This document shows positions 50,589-61,460 of a stretch of 64,000 nucleotides of DNA, one piece after another (the first letter of the stretch is position 1; every line of letters begins with the position of its first letter). The notes below the pieces were generated by a model, which saw nothing but the letters and a program-made list of their open reading frames with translations, was not told where the DNA came from and made no database searches. This DNA comes from Okamejei kenojei (taxonomy: Eukaryota), in assembly GCA_035221665.1 (NCBI GenBank), contig CM069158.1, positions 19,902,001 to 19,966,000 on the forward strand, given 5' to 3'. The position numbers and the translations under genes are program-made.

Positions 50589-50773
50589 AGGGTACACAAA
50601 AAGCTGGAGAAACTCAGCGGGTGCAGCAGCATCTAAGGAGCGAAGGAGATAGGCAACGTTTCGGGCCGAAACCCTTCTTCAGACCCTTGGTTTCGGCCCA
50701 AAACGTTGCCTACCTCCTTCGCTCCTTAGATGCTGCTGCACCCGCTGAGTTTCTCCAGCTTTTTGTGTACCCT
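50589..50773. repeat. 85-bp inverted repeat made of two Penelope-derived units
   Basis: Arms 50589-50673 and 50689-50773, 2 mismatches, 15-nt spacer. Confidence 0.88.
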
Positions 50774-51877
50774 AAATTTTCCAGCATCTGCAGTTCCTTC
50801 TTTAATACTTTGATGAGATTTCACAGTGGAGCAGTCAAAATGTAGAAACAATGACTTTTCTCACTTTGTGATTTCTGCTACTCTCCAGCCACCTACCTAT
50901 CAAACTCCCTCTCGCCTGTGACCACCTATTACCTGCCGCGCTTTGTCCTGCATCTCCTCTCTCCCAGCTTCCAGCCTGAAGAAGGAACGTCAAATATCCA
51001 TCCTCTCCAGAGATACTGCCTGACCTGCTGATTTACTCCGGCACTTTGTGTCTACGGTGTAAACCAGCAGCTGCAGTTCCTTGTTTCTACGTTCTGATAT
51101 TAAAGATGGAGAAATATCAGAGAGAGCTAATAGGATCATGAAGAAGAGCACAGTATTAACATTTAGTTTTTTTTTTGCAAATCTCCAACTATAATTAAAC
51201 TTTTAAGAAATATAATAAATTATAAATGTAACATAACTTTGTTTCTGAAAGGCTTTGCTCAGCAATGATTGATACCTAAGAGGGAATTTACCTGAACTGT
51301 AATGAAACATTTCTGATAGATTTATTGCTAAGACAATAATTACATGAAATTCTATTATTCCAGTGGTGAGCCCCTCACCAGATGTTGCCCCTCAAAGCTC
51401 ATGGTGATATGTTGCATATGTTTCTTTAACTTTGCTTCATGGAACCACTATACCATTCTCCTGCAAAATCCATGCTATTATATTTGGTTCCTTTTTAGAA
51501 AATGAATAAATATATCAAAACTATCTCCTCCCCATCAAAACCATCACTTCAGTGTTCACATCGCGGACCTGGTTTCACCAATCTTTCCACCACCACGCAT
51601 AAGAAGCTCAAGACAGACACTATTGTATGCAGATGCCGAGAAGTGTGTTCAGCTCTGGCTGAACAACTATAATCTTGTTTGTGGACTCGATAAGAAGAAA
51701 ACTCTCCTTCTTGCCACCTCTCCCTCCCTTCTTCCTGTTTCTTGCACCTTCTCTTTGCCTCTTTCTCACTTCCCACTTCACATTCCCTTTGTTTCCCAAT
51801 ATTGTCCCTTCATCACTGTTAAGATTCCAAAACAAATACTAAAAGTAAGGTATTTTGTGCTTGTTTGTCAAAAAAAG

Positions 51878-52025
51878 GAAGAAAAAGAATAAAGAAGCCA
51901 AGAAAATGCTGCAACAGATTACCTCAAACCAGCAGCAGCATGACGATGGGGAAGGAAACAAACGAACAACTGTAGACAAAAGAACTCCAGCGCAGAAGGC
52001 ATTTGACAAAATGCAGGAGAAGCGG
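51878..52025 (+). CDS. FAM32A: FAM32A exon 2
   Basis: KKKNKEAKKMLQQI...VDKRTPAQKAFDKMQEKR; donor GTGAGT; acceptor AAG at 51875-51877 is the in-frame choice. Confidence 0.88.
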
Positions 52026-52794
52026 GTGAGTTGTGCATCTCTTGAATAAAAGAGAAAAGCTATGAGTAATGCAGATCTATGGTCGGTCAGTACCCAATTA
52101 GAGTGAATTTATTTTTAAGTTAGCCTTTTTGCCTTCGTCCTGTGCCAGAGTTGGAAGTGTGTGATTGTGGGTTCAATCTTGTCCTCTCAGATGAAGTTTG
52201 TATAATTTTTTTATCATTATGTGAGTTTTCCCTGGATGCTGGGACGTTTGTGGGCTGCTATAATTGCTCCAAGTGTTTAGATGCCTGGTAGAATATGGGG
52301 AGGGGGACGAGTTGATAAGATTAATATAAATTAATGCTTGCTTGTTGGCGTACACTTGATAGGGCAAAGGGCTTGTTTCCATGCTCTGAACTATGACTGT
52401 CAGAATGAAAAAATGGAAAGCAGTAAAAACAACTAGCAAGCAGATGCATTCTGAAACAAAGACAGGTGAATATTCTTGAAGAGTTGGTACAGAACCCCAA
52501 TAACAGGCTGCCCCTGAGGTTAGACCATGTGTTATGGAAGGGAAATAGCGTGGTTAGTTTTCAATATCAGACCTAAGACTTGATATGGTACAGAGGAGGA
52601 AGTCAGGCCTAAGGTAAATCAATTATGTTTGTGCCATCAAACTGAATGGTAAGACAGGTATGAAGGGTCAGCAGCCTCCTCTTGCTCCTGTTTTCTTGTG
52701 TTACGGTACAGACACCTGGTTACAGAAAGACACAATTATTGAGGATTGTTTAAAAAGGAACAGAAAAGGTGCACTCGCATACATAAATGCTTTA

Positions 52795-54445
52795 ATACAA
52801 AGAGCTCATCTGAATAAACCCAAAGTAGTAGGGGGATTAGCACTTCCCAACTTTATGTATTACTACTGGTCTGTAAATATCAGAAACATGATCCAACTGC
52901 TGGATTACTCTCCCCAACAACTGGATTGGATGATTATGGAGAGAGGATTGCTCTCCTTATAATATTGGAGCAATCCTTCTCTCCAATATCGATGAATAAT
53001 AAAAATTACAACAATAATCCAATTATATACAGTACAATAATCAGAATTTGGAAACAAATAAAACAGAATCTAAAATTAAGAAATTTATCTCTTTTATCTC
53101 CTATTGGTAAAAACCCCTCATTTAAACCTTCAACTATAGATAAAGCATTTATACTATGGGAAAGAGCTGGAATTAAAATCTTCGGAGATGTGTATGAATC
53201 GGGAAAACTATTATCATTTAAACAAATACAATTAAAATACAATTTGGGAAACAATCAGTTTTTTAAATATTTCCAAATCTGTGACTATCTGAAAAAATAC
53301 GCACAAGATTATCACAATATGCCTCCAGACTTACTGGAAGAAGTAATGAATACAAAGGCAGAATCAGCAAACCTAATATCATATATATATAATATTATTC
53401 TAAATGCAGAAATACCAACAACAGATGGTGTCAGGAGAGACTGGGAAAAGGAATTAAGTATAAAAATTCCCAAAGAAAGGTGGGAAGAATATTTATTAAA
53501 CGTGCATAAATGTTCAATTATTGTAAGACACACCTTAATACAATTTAAAATCTTACACACATTATACTATTCAAAAACTACAATAAGTAAACTTTTTCCC
53601 AGCATCTCACCTATGTGTGATAAATGTCAATGTCAAGAAGTTAATATAGCACACTCATTTGGCTTTTGTACAAAAATTCAAACATTTTTTGGACTGAAAT
53701 TTTTGAAATTTTCACAAAAATATTTAAAATAAAACTGACCCCGGAAGCAGACTGGATAATCTTTGGGATATCGGAAGATTGCCCCGAATTCAATGTGTTT
53801 CAAAAGACTCTATTTGAATATGGATTAATAACTGGAAAAAAGTTAATCTTAAAATTCTGGAAAAATTCTCCGGTACCAACAGTCAATATGTGGATTTCAA
53901 ATATGTTCAAAACACTACACTTGGAAGATATGAGACTCCGACTAGCAGGAAAATCAGACTGTTTCTATAAGACATGGTCTGCATTTATAAATCTATTACA
54001 AGGAATAAGGTGCAAGAATACCTCAAAAATGTACCGGTATCGGGTCTTAGTAAAGGGGAAGAAAAATTGTCGAGTTGGTAGATTCTTTTTGCGAGATGTT
54101 TATAATAAAGTAACTGGCTTTTCTTTTTTCTTTCTCTATTTTTCCCTTTTTCTTTTTTATTCTTCCCTTTTTCTTTTTTTTGCTCTCCAGGGTCTATCTC
54201 TTAATTCCTGTTTCTAACTCTTCAAGGGTTTCCTTTCCCTCTGTCACGCTTTTGCACTTTCACATCTCTTTTTCACTTTTCTACTTTCTATGCTGCTATT
54301 TTTCTCTCTATTCTCTCTTTTCTAAAGCCTTAAAATAAAAAAAAATAAGGGGTACAATGACTGTAATACAATACAAGGGATGTACACTGATGTAACTTAC
54401 AGTACTGCTAATAAATTTTTTTAAAAAAATAAATAAATAAAAAAG
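52795..54445 (+). mobile_element. L1-clade LINE, 5'-truncated (ORF2 C-terminus, 3' UTR, A-rich tail)
   Basis: GGLALPNFMYYYWS motif, CCHC-like CDKC..HSFGFC; ORF2 broken into three frames; A-rich tail; long flanking direct repeat. Confidence 0.88.
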
Positions 54446-54832
54446 GAACAGGAAAGGTGCACTCGCATACATAAATGCTTTAATGCAAAGAAGGTAAGAT
54501 GAATGACAACAGTGGAGATGTGTAAATGCTAATATGATCAATACCTTTTTGCTGTCTTCTGTCTGTATGAAAGACCTCCACAGGACATTTCTACATGGCT
54601 CCACACCCCTTTCCACACACCCAGCCATCAACATTCCCCTTCTGTCACCCACCCCCTCCTTACCCTCACCTTGTCCTCGTTCCGTCGCAGTGGTGTTTTC
54701 TGTATGAGGAATTTTGGTTCTATGTATTCTCACCCCCCCCCAACCACCCCCACCACACTTAATTTCATAGTTTGTGGCCCGCTTCTTTAAACTTACTTCC
54801 TGCTTTTTTAATTCTCCTTTCGCTTTTTGCAG

Positions 54833-54886
54833 CAAATCGAAAGGATCCTAAAGAAGGCATCGAAAACACACAAACAGAGCGTTGAA
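54833..54886 (+). CDS. FAM32A: FAM32A exon 3
   Basis: QIERILKKASKTHKQSVE; long polypyrimidine tract and CAG; donor GTAAGA. Confidence 0.92.
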
Positions 54887-56779
54887 GTAAGAATGCAATT
54901 TCAATAAGTAGAAAGCAATTATTCTTTTGCCACTTAAAATTAAGAATTTGATTTTCATTTTATGATTTTTTTAAAAAACACCTTGAAAATATTCAAGGTG
55001 TTTTGACATAAATAAGAGTAACCAATGTCAAACAATAGATAGGCCAATGAAAATCTGAGGATAGAAAGAATGGAACAGTAGTGAATGAATTCCTTAATTG
55101 TTTAGATGGGAGAATAGCTGTAGAGTATATTAAACTAAAATACATTTAGGAGGATTATATTCTGCTTACAAAAGTGGAGAGCAATGGAACAACTTGGATA
55201 AATAAAGAAATATTGTTAACATTAAAACCAAGTAAATATATATTCAGTGCAACGTACTATGAAGGAATGAGGAGCAAAGCTTCCAACTTATTTTAAAGGC
55301 ACAGTAAATATGAAATTAAATAGCTAACGGATATGGAAGGAAATAATATTTTGAAGATCCAAGTAGTATACGTTAGAAAAGTAATGCAGTTTACTTAATT
55401 TTGTATTCCACCTCTTTCTAAACAAATTCTATTATCAGAAATGAATTGTAAATCAAGTGTGGTCGTTCAATTACATTTTGAACCAAACCGCTGTTTGGCA
55501 TTTATCAAAATCGTGGCCAGCATGTGTCAGGTTCAAGGGTTGTTGTTCTCAAAGTCCATTTGGGGGAGATGGGGTTGATCTGCCTGCTTGAAATGCTTCG
55601 ACCTGTGTGGGGAAGATACTCCTGCAGCGTATTGTTGAAGGCTATTCTAGGAAATGAACCTGCAACAATGAAGGAATGGTGATACAGTTCCAAATTGAAA
55701 TGGCATGTGATTTGCAGGGGATCTCTAGGTTGAAGGCTAAATTAGATCGAATTTGCATGATAATACCAGCCTGGATTAAGACTGGTAGACATCAGTTTGT
55801 CTAAAATGGCTCTATTAAAGGAGAGGGTTTTGAACATTTTCTGTACATTAACAAAATAGAATTTGTACCTTTAAAATTTTGAAGGGTTTGTTAATGTCCA
55901 GTGATTGTTTAAAGCCTGCATTTATGATGACAAAGCAAATGATTGGGAGCGTTAGCAGTGTAATAACTTTTGGATGACGTCTGTGCATTATGTTAAGCCA
56001 CTGTTCTCACTAGTGTTGTTGCTGGTAACCTAGGTCACAGTGATCTGTGGAACACTGCAAGATCTGTAGTGTTCCAGATCTGAACCCAATCAACCTTGAA
56101 TACATTTTTAGTAGTGAGGAGTGAAACTGTTGTTTTGGATGAAGCGTAGATCAATTCCGTGACTGATGACCCTGTGGATGCTGGACATTGGTACAAAATG
56201 GCTAGGTGGATTTGAGAGTTGCTCCAAATCTGCAGCCTAAAAGACATTTAAAACTATAATTTAATCATTATGATTTAATGTCTCCCGAGCTCCCAATGAG
56301 TCTGGTCTTGAACTGATGCCCATATTATTTCTGTAAAGCTCAGTTTGTGGCTTTATGCCTCAACTCAGTTCATGGCCAGCCTGGACTGGAGACCCCAGAC
56401 CACGAGTTGAAGACTGACTGCACACAGGAAATGTCAACATCAGATTAAGACCAGGCTAGTTAAGGGGGCTGGGGTCATATTAAATCATTACCATGCCTGT
56501 AGCAAATAGTGTGGTTAACTGTACCTGCACTAGCCTGGCTGAATGGCTGTATGGTGTAGGTAGTTTATGGCCTACGTGCAATAAATTTAACATGGGGTGG
56601 GACGGAAAAAATGCCAGTCCCAACAGTCCATAATGCCTGCAGCATTCCCTTTGCCCTTTTCACTTTGCCCAAATATACATGCCATATCCCTCCACTGCTG
56701 GCTTCAGAGCTTGATTAATTGGGAACTAAGAAATTTCCATTGGTCAAAATGCTGACTTGTAACTTTGTCTCCCTTGCAG

Positions 56780-56848
56780 GAGTTTAACAGACACCTGGAT
56801 ACCCTTACGGAACATTACGATATTCCCAAGGTCAGCTGGACGAAATGA
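56780..56848 (+). CDS. FAM32A: FAM32A exon 4 (last)
   Basis: EFNRHLDTLTEHYDIPKVSWTK*; total 342 nt (113 aa plus stop); AATAAA at 56909 and 57051. Confidence 0.95.
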   Translation, partial: EFNRHLDTLTEHYDIPKVSWTK

Positions 56849-58088
56849 GATGAGATGCAGCTTTTGGACATCATTTTATTATTTTCACCATTCTTTGCAT
56901 CTGTAGTAAATAAAGTAGTTTGTCACTGTTTCTCAGCTAATGAGCGTGATGGGAAGAGACCTGCATTTATCTATTGATGTTGTGCGGCTTTGTAAATATA
57001 ATTTCCCATGCTGTCCTTGAAATTATATGTTCTTGATGCCAGAGAAACTTAATAAATAACTCACATCAATCAACTTTGCAATGTGAATGTGCAAAACGAT
57101 AGCTTCACATGTGACCTTAAGAGTGAGTTACTTGCACTGTATGTTATTTTATGTCAGGTATTACTTCTTTTATTGTTAAGATTTGCAGTTTTAGATATTT
57201 GTCCAGGCGTATCAGTGTTATAACTTGAAGTTAGTTGTTACTCTGCCTGCAGTATTTCGCATTAATGAGAGGCTTAGTCATAACAGTTTCCACTCTTTAT
57301 AGCCGAAAAACCAAACGTTTTGTAATAAGTTTTATTTTAATTATGACCATGCAAGCGTATTGGAAGAATGAGTGGCATATCTAGAAAGGAAGTGCCAGAA
57401 TTGCACAATAGGTTTTTTAAACGGAACTGAAAAATAAGCTGTTGGGAGTTGAGTCTGATTATGTGATGTTGGGCAACTGTGTCACTGGGGGTGTGAATCT
57501 GTGAACATGGAAGAGGTAAGAAGGTTGTGAATCTGAGTATCCTGTCTGTTGGTTATTTGCCTCTTTGTGACTGTATGAAGAGTGATTGCACCTGACTACT
57601 AATTTAAAAGGTATTTAGGGAGGCACATTAACGTGCAGGCAATGAAGGAATATGGATGCGGCATTATGGTCGGTACGGACATCAAGGGTCAAAGGTCGTC
57701 TATCTGTGCTGTTCCATGTTCATTGACTGAAGTGTATGGGGATGTCTTGAGCTGTATAATACAAAAGCCTCTAGTTCTCAATGTGTAATTTGCTTTTTCC
57801 TTGTTCTGTGATTCAATTTGGTGGACAGTTCTATTGGGGTCATCAGACAGGACTTTGAAGGGCAATTTTCAGGCTCCATGATTTAGCTGCTCTCTCATTC
57901 CTTGTTACCTCAGATAATCTTTTGGCGTTCTGCTTTATGTGCCTCAACAACAATAATACTGTTTCAAAATGATCCCAACACATTTCACTGAAGAATGGTC
58001 AAGTATTATTTCTTACAGGCACCTTCACCCCAACCAGGCTGCAGTTATTTCTTTTAATTGCAAATTCATTACTCTTAATTTAAGTCTT

Positions 58089-58390
58089 TTTAGTTTAGTT
58101 TAGAGAGACAGTGCCGAAACTGGTCCTTCAGCCCAGTTCACACCGACCAGCGATCCCCGCACATTAACACTATCCTACACACACTAGAGACAATTTATAT
58201 TTATACCAAGAAAATTAACCTACAGACTTTGGAGTGTGAGAGGAAACTGAAGATCTTGGAGAAAACCCATGCGGTCATGGGTAGAACATACAAACTCCAT
58301 ACAGAGAGCACCGTAGTTGGGATCGAACCCGGGTTTTTTGCGCAGTAAGCGTGTAAGAAAGCAACTCTACCGCTGTGCCACCATGCCACC
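58089..58390 (-). mobile_element. tRNA-derived SINE
   Basis: Minus strand carries A-box TGGCACAGCGG and B-box GGTTCGATCCC; (TTTAG)n tail. Confidence 0.78.
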
Positions 58391-58789
58391 CCAAAAGTGC
58401 GTCTACACCACAATCGGCGTGAGCAGAATAGCATTGGCTTTCAAGCAGAGGTTCGTAGCACCACGGACAGAAAATTGTGGTTTGATGGTAACAGTCCAGA
58501 GACTTGAACACAAAAATCTGGACCATCTGATCTTACACAATTGGAGATGATATTGTCTGGACAAGACAGCAAATGCTTATTTCATAATCAACATCACAAA
58601 CTGGATCATCTCATTACTGTTTGTAGGGGTTTACTGTGAGTAAATGGCTGCTTCAAATACACATGAAGACTGTGACCCAATTTCAAGCGCATACTGTCAC
58701 TAGAACATTTAAATTCAAGAGACTGGCAAGAACAGATTGAGAAATTAGACTGGAACTGGCATTGGATGTCAAAAAGGAACGAGTGCAAG

Positions 58790-59245
58790 ATTGCAAAGGT
58801 TCACTGCCCGCTGAGAAGAAATGTTTTCTCATCCTAATTCTAAATGAACTACCCTTTATTCATGAACTATGACCTCTAGTTTGAGACTTGGAAATGTCAT
58901 CCCTGCATTCAGCTTGCTAAACTCTTTATTTCATAGGTTTCAGTGAGATTATCTTTCATTCTTCTAAACTTCTCTGGCAAGTATATATTAGGTTAGGAAA
59001 ACCAAAACTGCATGCACCAGATGCAATCTCACCAAGGCCTTTATTCAAATCATGATGAAGGCCAACATAAGATTTGTCTGCCAAATCACTTGCTGCACCT
59101 GCAGCTTGGCCTTCAGTGACTTGTGCACAAGAACATTTAGGTCCCTTTGAACATTATACAAATCACCATTTAAAAAGTACTCTGCTTTTCTATTGTGCCC
59201 CAAAGTGGACAATTTTACATTTTTCCCACAATAAATTGCACCTGC
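58790..59245 (-). mobile_element. Old CR1 remnant
   Basis: VQRDLNVLVHKSLK...LAFI motif on the minus strand. Confidence 0.6.
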
Positions 59246-59269
59246 CATATTTTCACCTACTCCTCAGCT

Positions 59270-59690
59270 CCTGTGGATATGGGACAGCTAAATGGGTGTA
59301 CGTTGTGGATGTGGGACTTGGACAAATACACTGTGCATGTATCACTGAGCCAGGCACAAGTGCACCATGTTGACGCGGGACTGAGTCAGCTACACGGTGC
59401 ACCTTGTGGAGGACGAGCAGGAAGAGTTACATGTCTACCTGTGGATATGCGGTAATCCCTGTGGATGTGGGACTTGGACAGATACTGGTGCACTCTGTGC
59501 ATGGACACTGGTGCGCCATGTGGAGTCGGACAGAGCCAGGTACACGATGCACACCTTGTGGAGAACAAGAGAAAGCTACATGTCTCCCCTGTGTATTTGG
59601 GGTATGAGGTAAATTCACCCTTGTGAATGTGATGCTAGGTCAGTTACAAGTGCACCCTGTGAGTATGGGGATGAGTCAAGTACAGAAACG
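59270..59690. repeat. Degenerate minisatellite with a ~150-bp higher-order duplication
   Basis: TGTGGATGTGGGACTTGGACA at ~59304 and ~59460; ACCTTGTGGAG at ~59401 and ~59553. Confidence 0.65.
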
Positions 59691-59799
59691 CTCCTCTTGC
59701 ACATTGACTAGATTTATTTTATCTACCTCTGCCCTCTTTCACCACAGCGTGACCTGCTCATCATGCGAGATGTCCAGTCATGAAGAAAGCTGACGCTGA

Positions 59800-60062
59800 G
59801 CCCATTCCTCTGCCCACAGGAAGCGTCCGCCCCTGCCACGTGATGGGGGCGCATGGTGCCCCACCGCGGCTTCACCGGCCCTGGCCAACCACAACGCGCC
59901 TTGTTGCTCGCTTTGCGGAAGTGACGGTACTGTTATGGTGACGCTGCGGCCCGGGTAGCCGGAGCGAGTTCTGGTTTCCTTTCCTTTCCCCTCCCCGGTG
60001 AGCGCTCGTCCGGGAGGCGCCGATCGCGAGGTGCGGCCGGGCGCTGGACAGCCGGCGGGAAG
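59800..60062 (+). promoter_or_regulatory. AP1M1 CpG-island promoter and 5' UTR
   Basis: GC box at 59827-59832, E-box CACGTG at 59837-59842, CGGAAGTGACG at 59916-59926. Confidence 0.7.
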
Positions 60063-60104
60063 ATGTCGGCCTCAGCCGTTTATGTGCTGGACCTGAAGGG
60101 GAAG
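60063..60104 (+). CDS. AP1M1: AP-1 complex subunit mu-1, exon 1
   Basis: MSASAVYVLDLKGK followed by donor GTAAGG. Matches the AP1M1 N-terminus (AP1M2 has AVFILDVK). Follows FAM32A as in human. Confidence 0.92.
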
Positions 60105-60234
60105 GTAAGGGAGCGCGGTGCATGTGCGGGCTGGGTCCTCCAGGCCCCAGTGGAGGGGCTAGCACCACCCACCCCACCTCCTCCGTCCCCGTGTCCCCAA
60201 CTCAGCGTCCCTTCATCTTACATGCCACCTTCCC

Positions 60235-61460
60235 CGCCCATCTGTCCCCACATCCCTCCCCATCCCACTGTCCCCACATCCCACCCCACCCCACCCCATC
60301 CCACTGTCTCCACATCCCATCCCATCCCACTGTCTCCACATCCCATCCCATCCCACTGTCTCCACATCCCATCCCATCCCACTGTCTCCACATCCCATCC
60401 CATCCCACTGTCTCCACATCCCATCCCATCCCACCTCCACATCCCATCGCACTGTCCCCACATCCCATCCCACTGTCTCCACATCCCATCCCATCCCACT
60501 GTCTCCACATCCCATCCCATCCCACTGTCTCCACACCATCGCACTGTCCCCACATCCCATCGCACTGTCCCCCATCCCACCCCACCCCATCCCACTGACC
60601 CCACATCCCCACCCCACCCCCTCCCACTGTCCCCACATCCCACCCCACCCATCGCAACTGTCCCCACATCCCACCCATCCCATCCACTGTCCCACATCCC
60701 ACCCACCCCATCCCACTGTCCCCACATCACCCACCCCATCCCACTGTCCCCACATCCCACCCACCCCATCCCACTGTCGCCACATCCCACCCCACCCCAT
60801 CCCACTGTCCCCACATCCCATCCACCCCACCCCATCCCACTGTCCCCACATCCCACCCCATCCCATCCCACTGTCCCCATATCCCATCCCACCCCACCTC
60901 ATCCCATCCCACTGTCTCCACATCCCATCCCAGTTTCCCCACATCCCACCCCATCCCATCCCACTGTCTCCACATCCCATCCCAATGTCCCCACATCCCA
61001 TCCATCCCACGTCCCCTCATCCCATCCCATCCCACTGTCCCCCACATCCCATCCCACCCCATCCCGTCCCACTGTCCCCACATCCCACCCATCCCATCCA
61101 CTGTCCCCACATCCCATCCCACCCCATCCCATCCCACTGTCCCACATCCATCCACCCCACCCCATCCCACTGTCCCCACATCCCATCCCATCCCACTGTC
61201 CCCATATCCCATCCCCATCCCACTGTCCCCCACGTCCCATCCCATCCCACTGTCCCCACATTCCTATCCATGGTGCCCCCATCGCACTAACGTTGCCCCT
61301 ATGTCCGCATATCCCACCCACAACCACCCCACTGTCCCCACATCCCACCCATCCCAATCCCACTCATGTCCCACTATCCCACCTACCCCACCGCTACGTC
61401 TCCACATTCCACCCAACCAAAGTCCCCATCCCACCAGCTGTCCCCACATTCCACCCCACA
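60235..61460. repeat. C-rich minisatellite (CCCATCCCACTGTCCCCACAT variants) in AP1M1 intron 1
   Basis: Dozens of tandem units of about 21-31 bp, degenerating after ~61260. Confidence 0.95.

Noticed and set aside
52926-54217. 268-aa and 183-aa ORFs as host genes
   Set aside because: Frameshifted pieces of L1 ORF2.
58310-58390. tRNA gene
   Set aside because: The A and B boxes belong to a SINE head that continues into the SINE body and tail.
17767-60104. Functional cluster of a YXXL-bearing cargo (cystinosin-like) and its adaptor (AP1M1)
   Set aside because: Proximity alone is not evidence in a vertebrate genome; two unrelated genes intervene.
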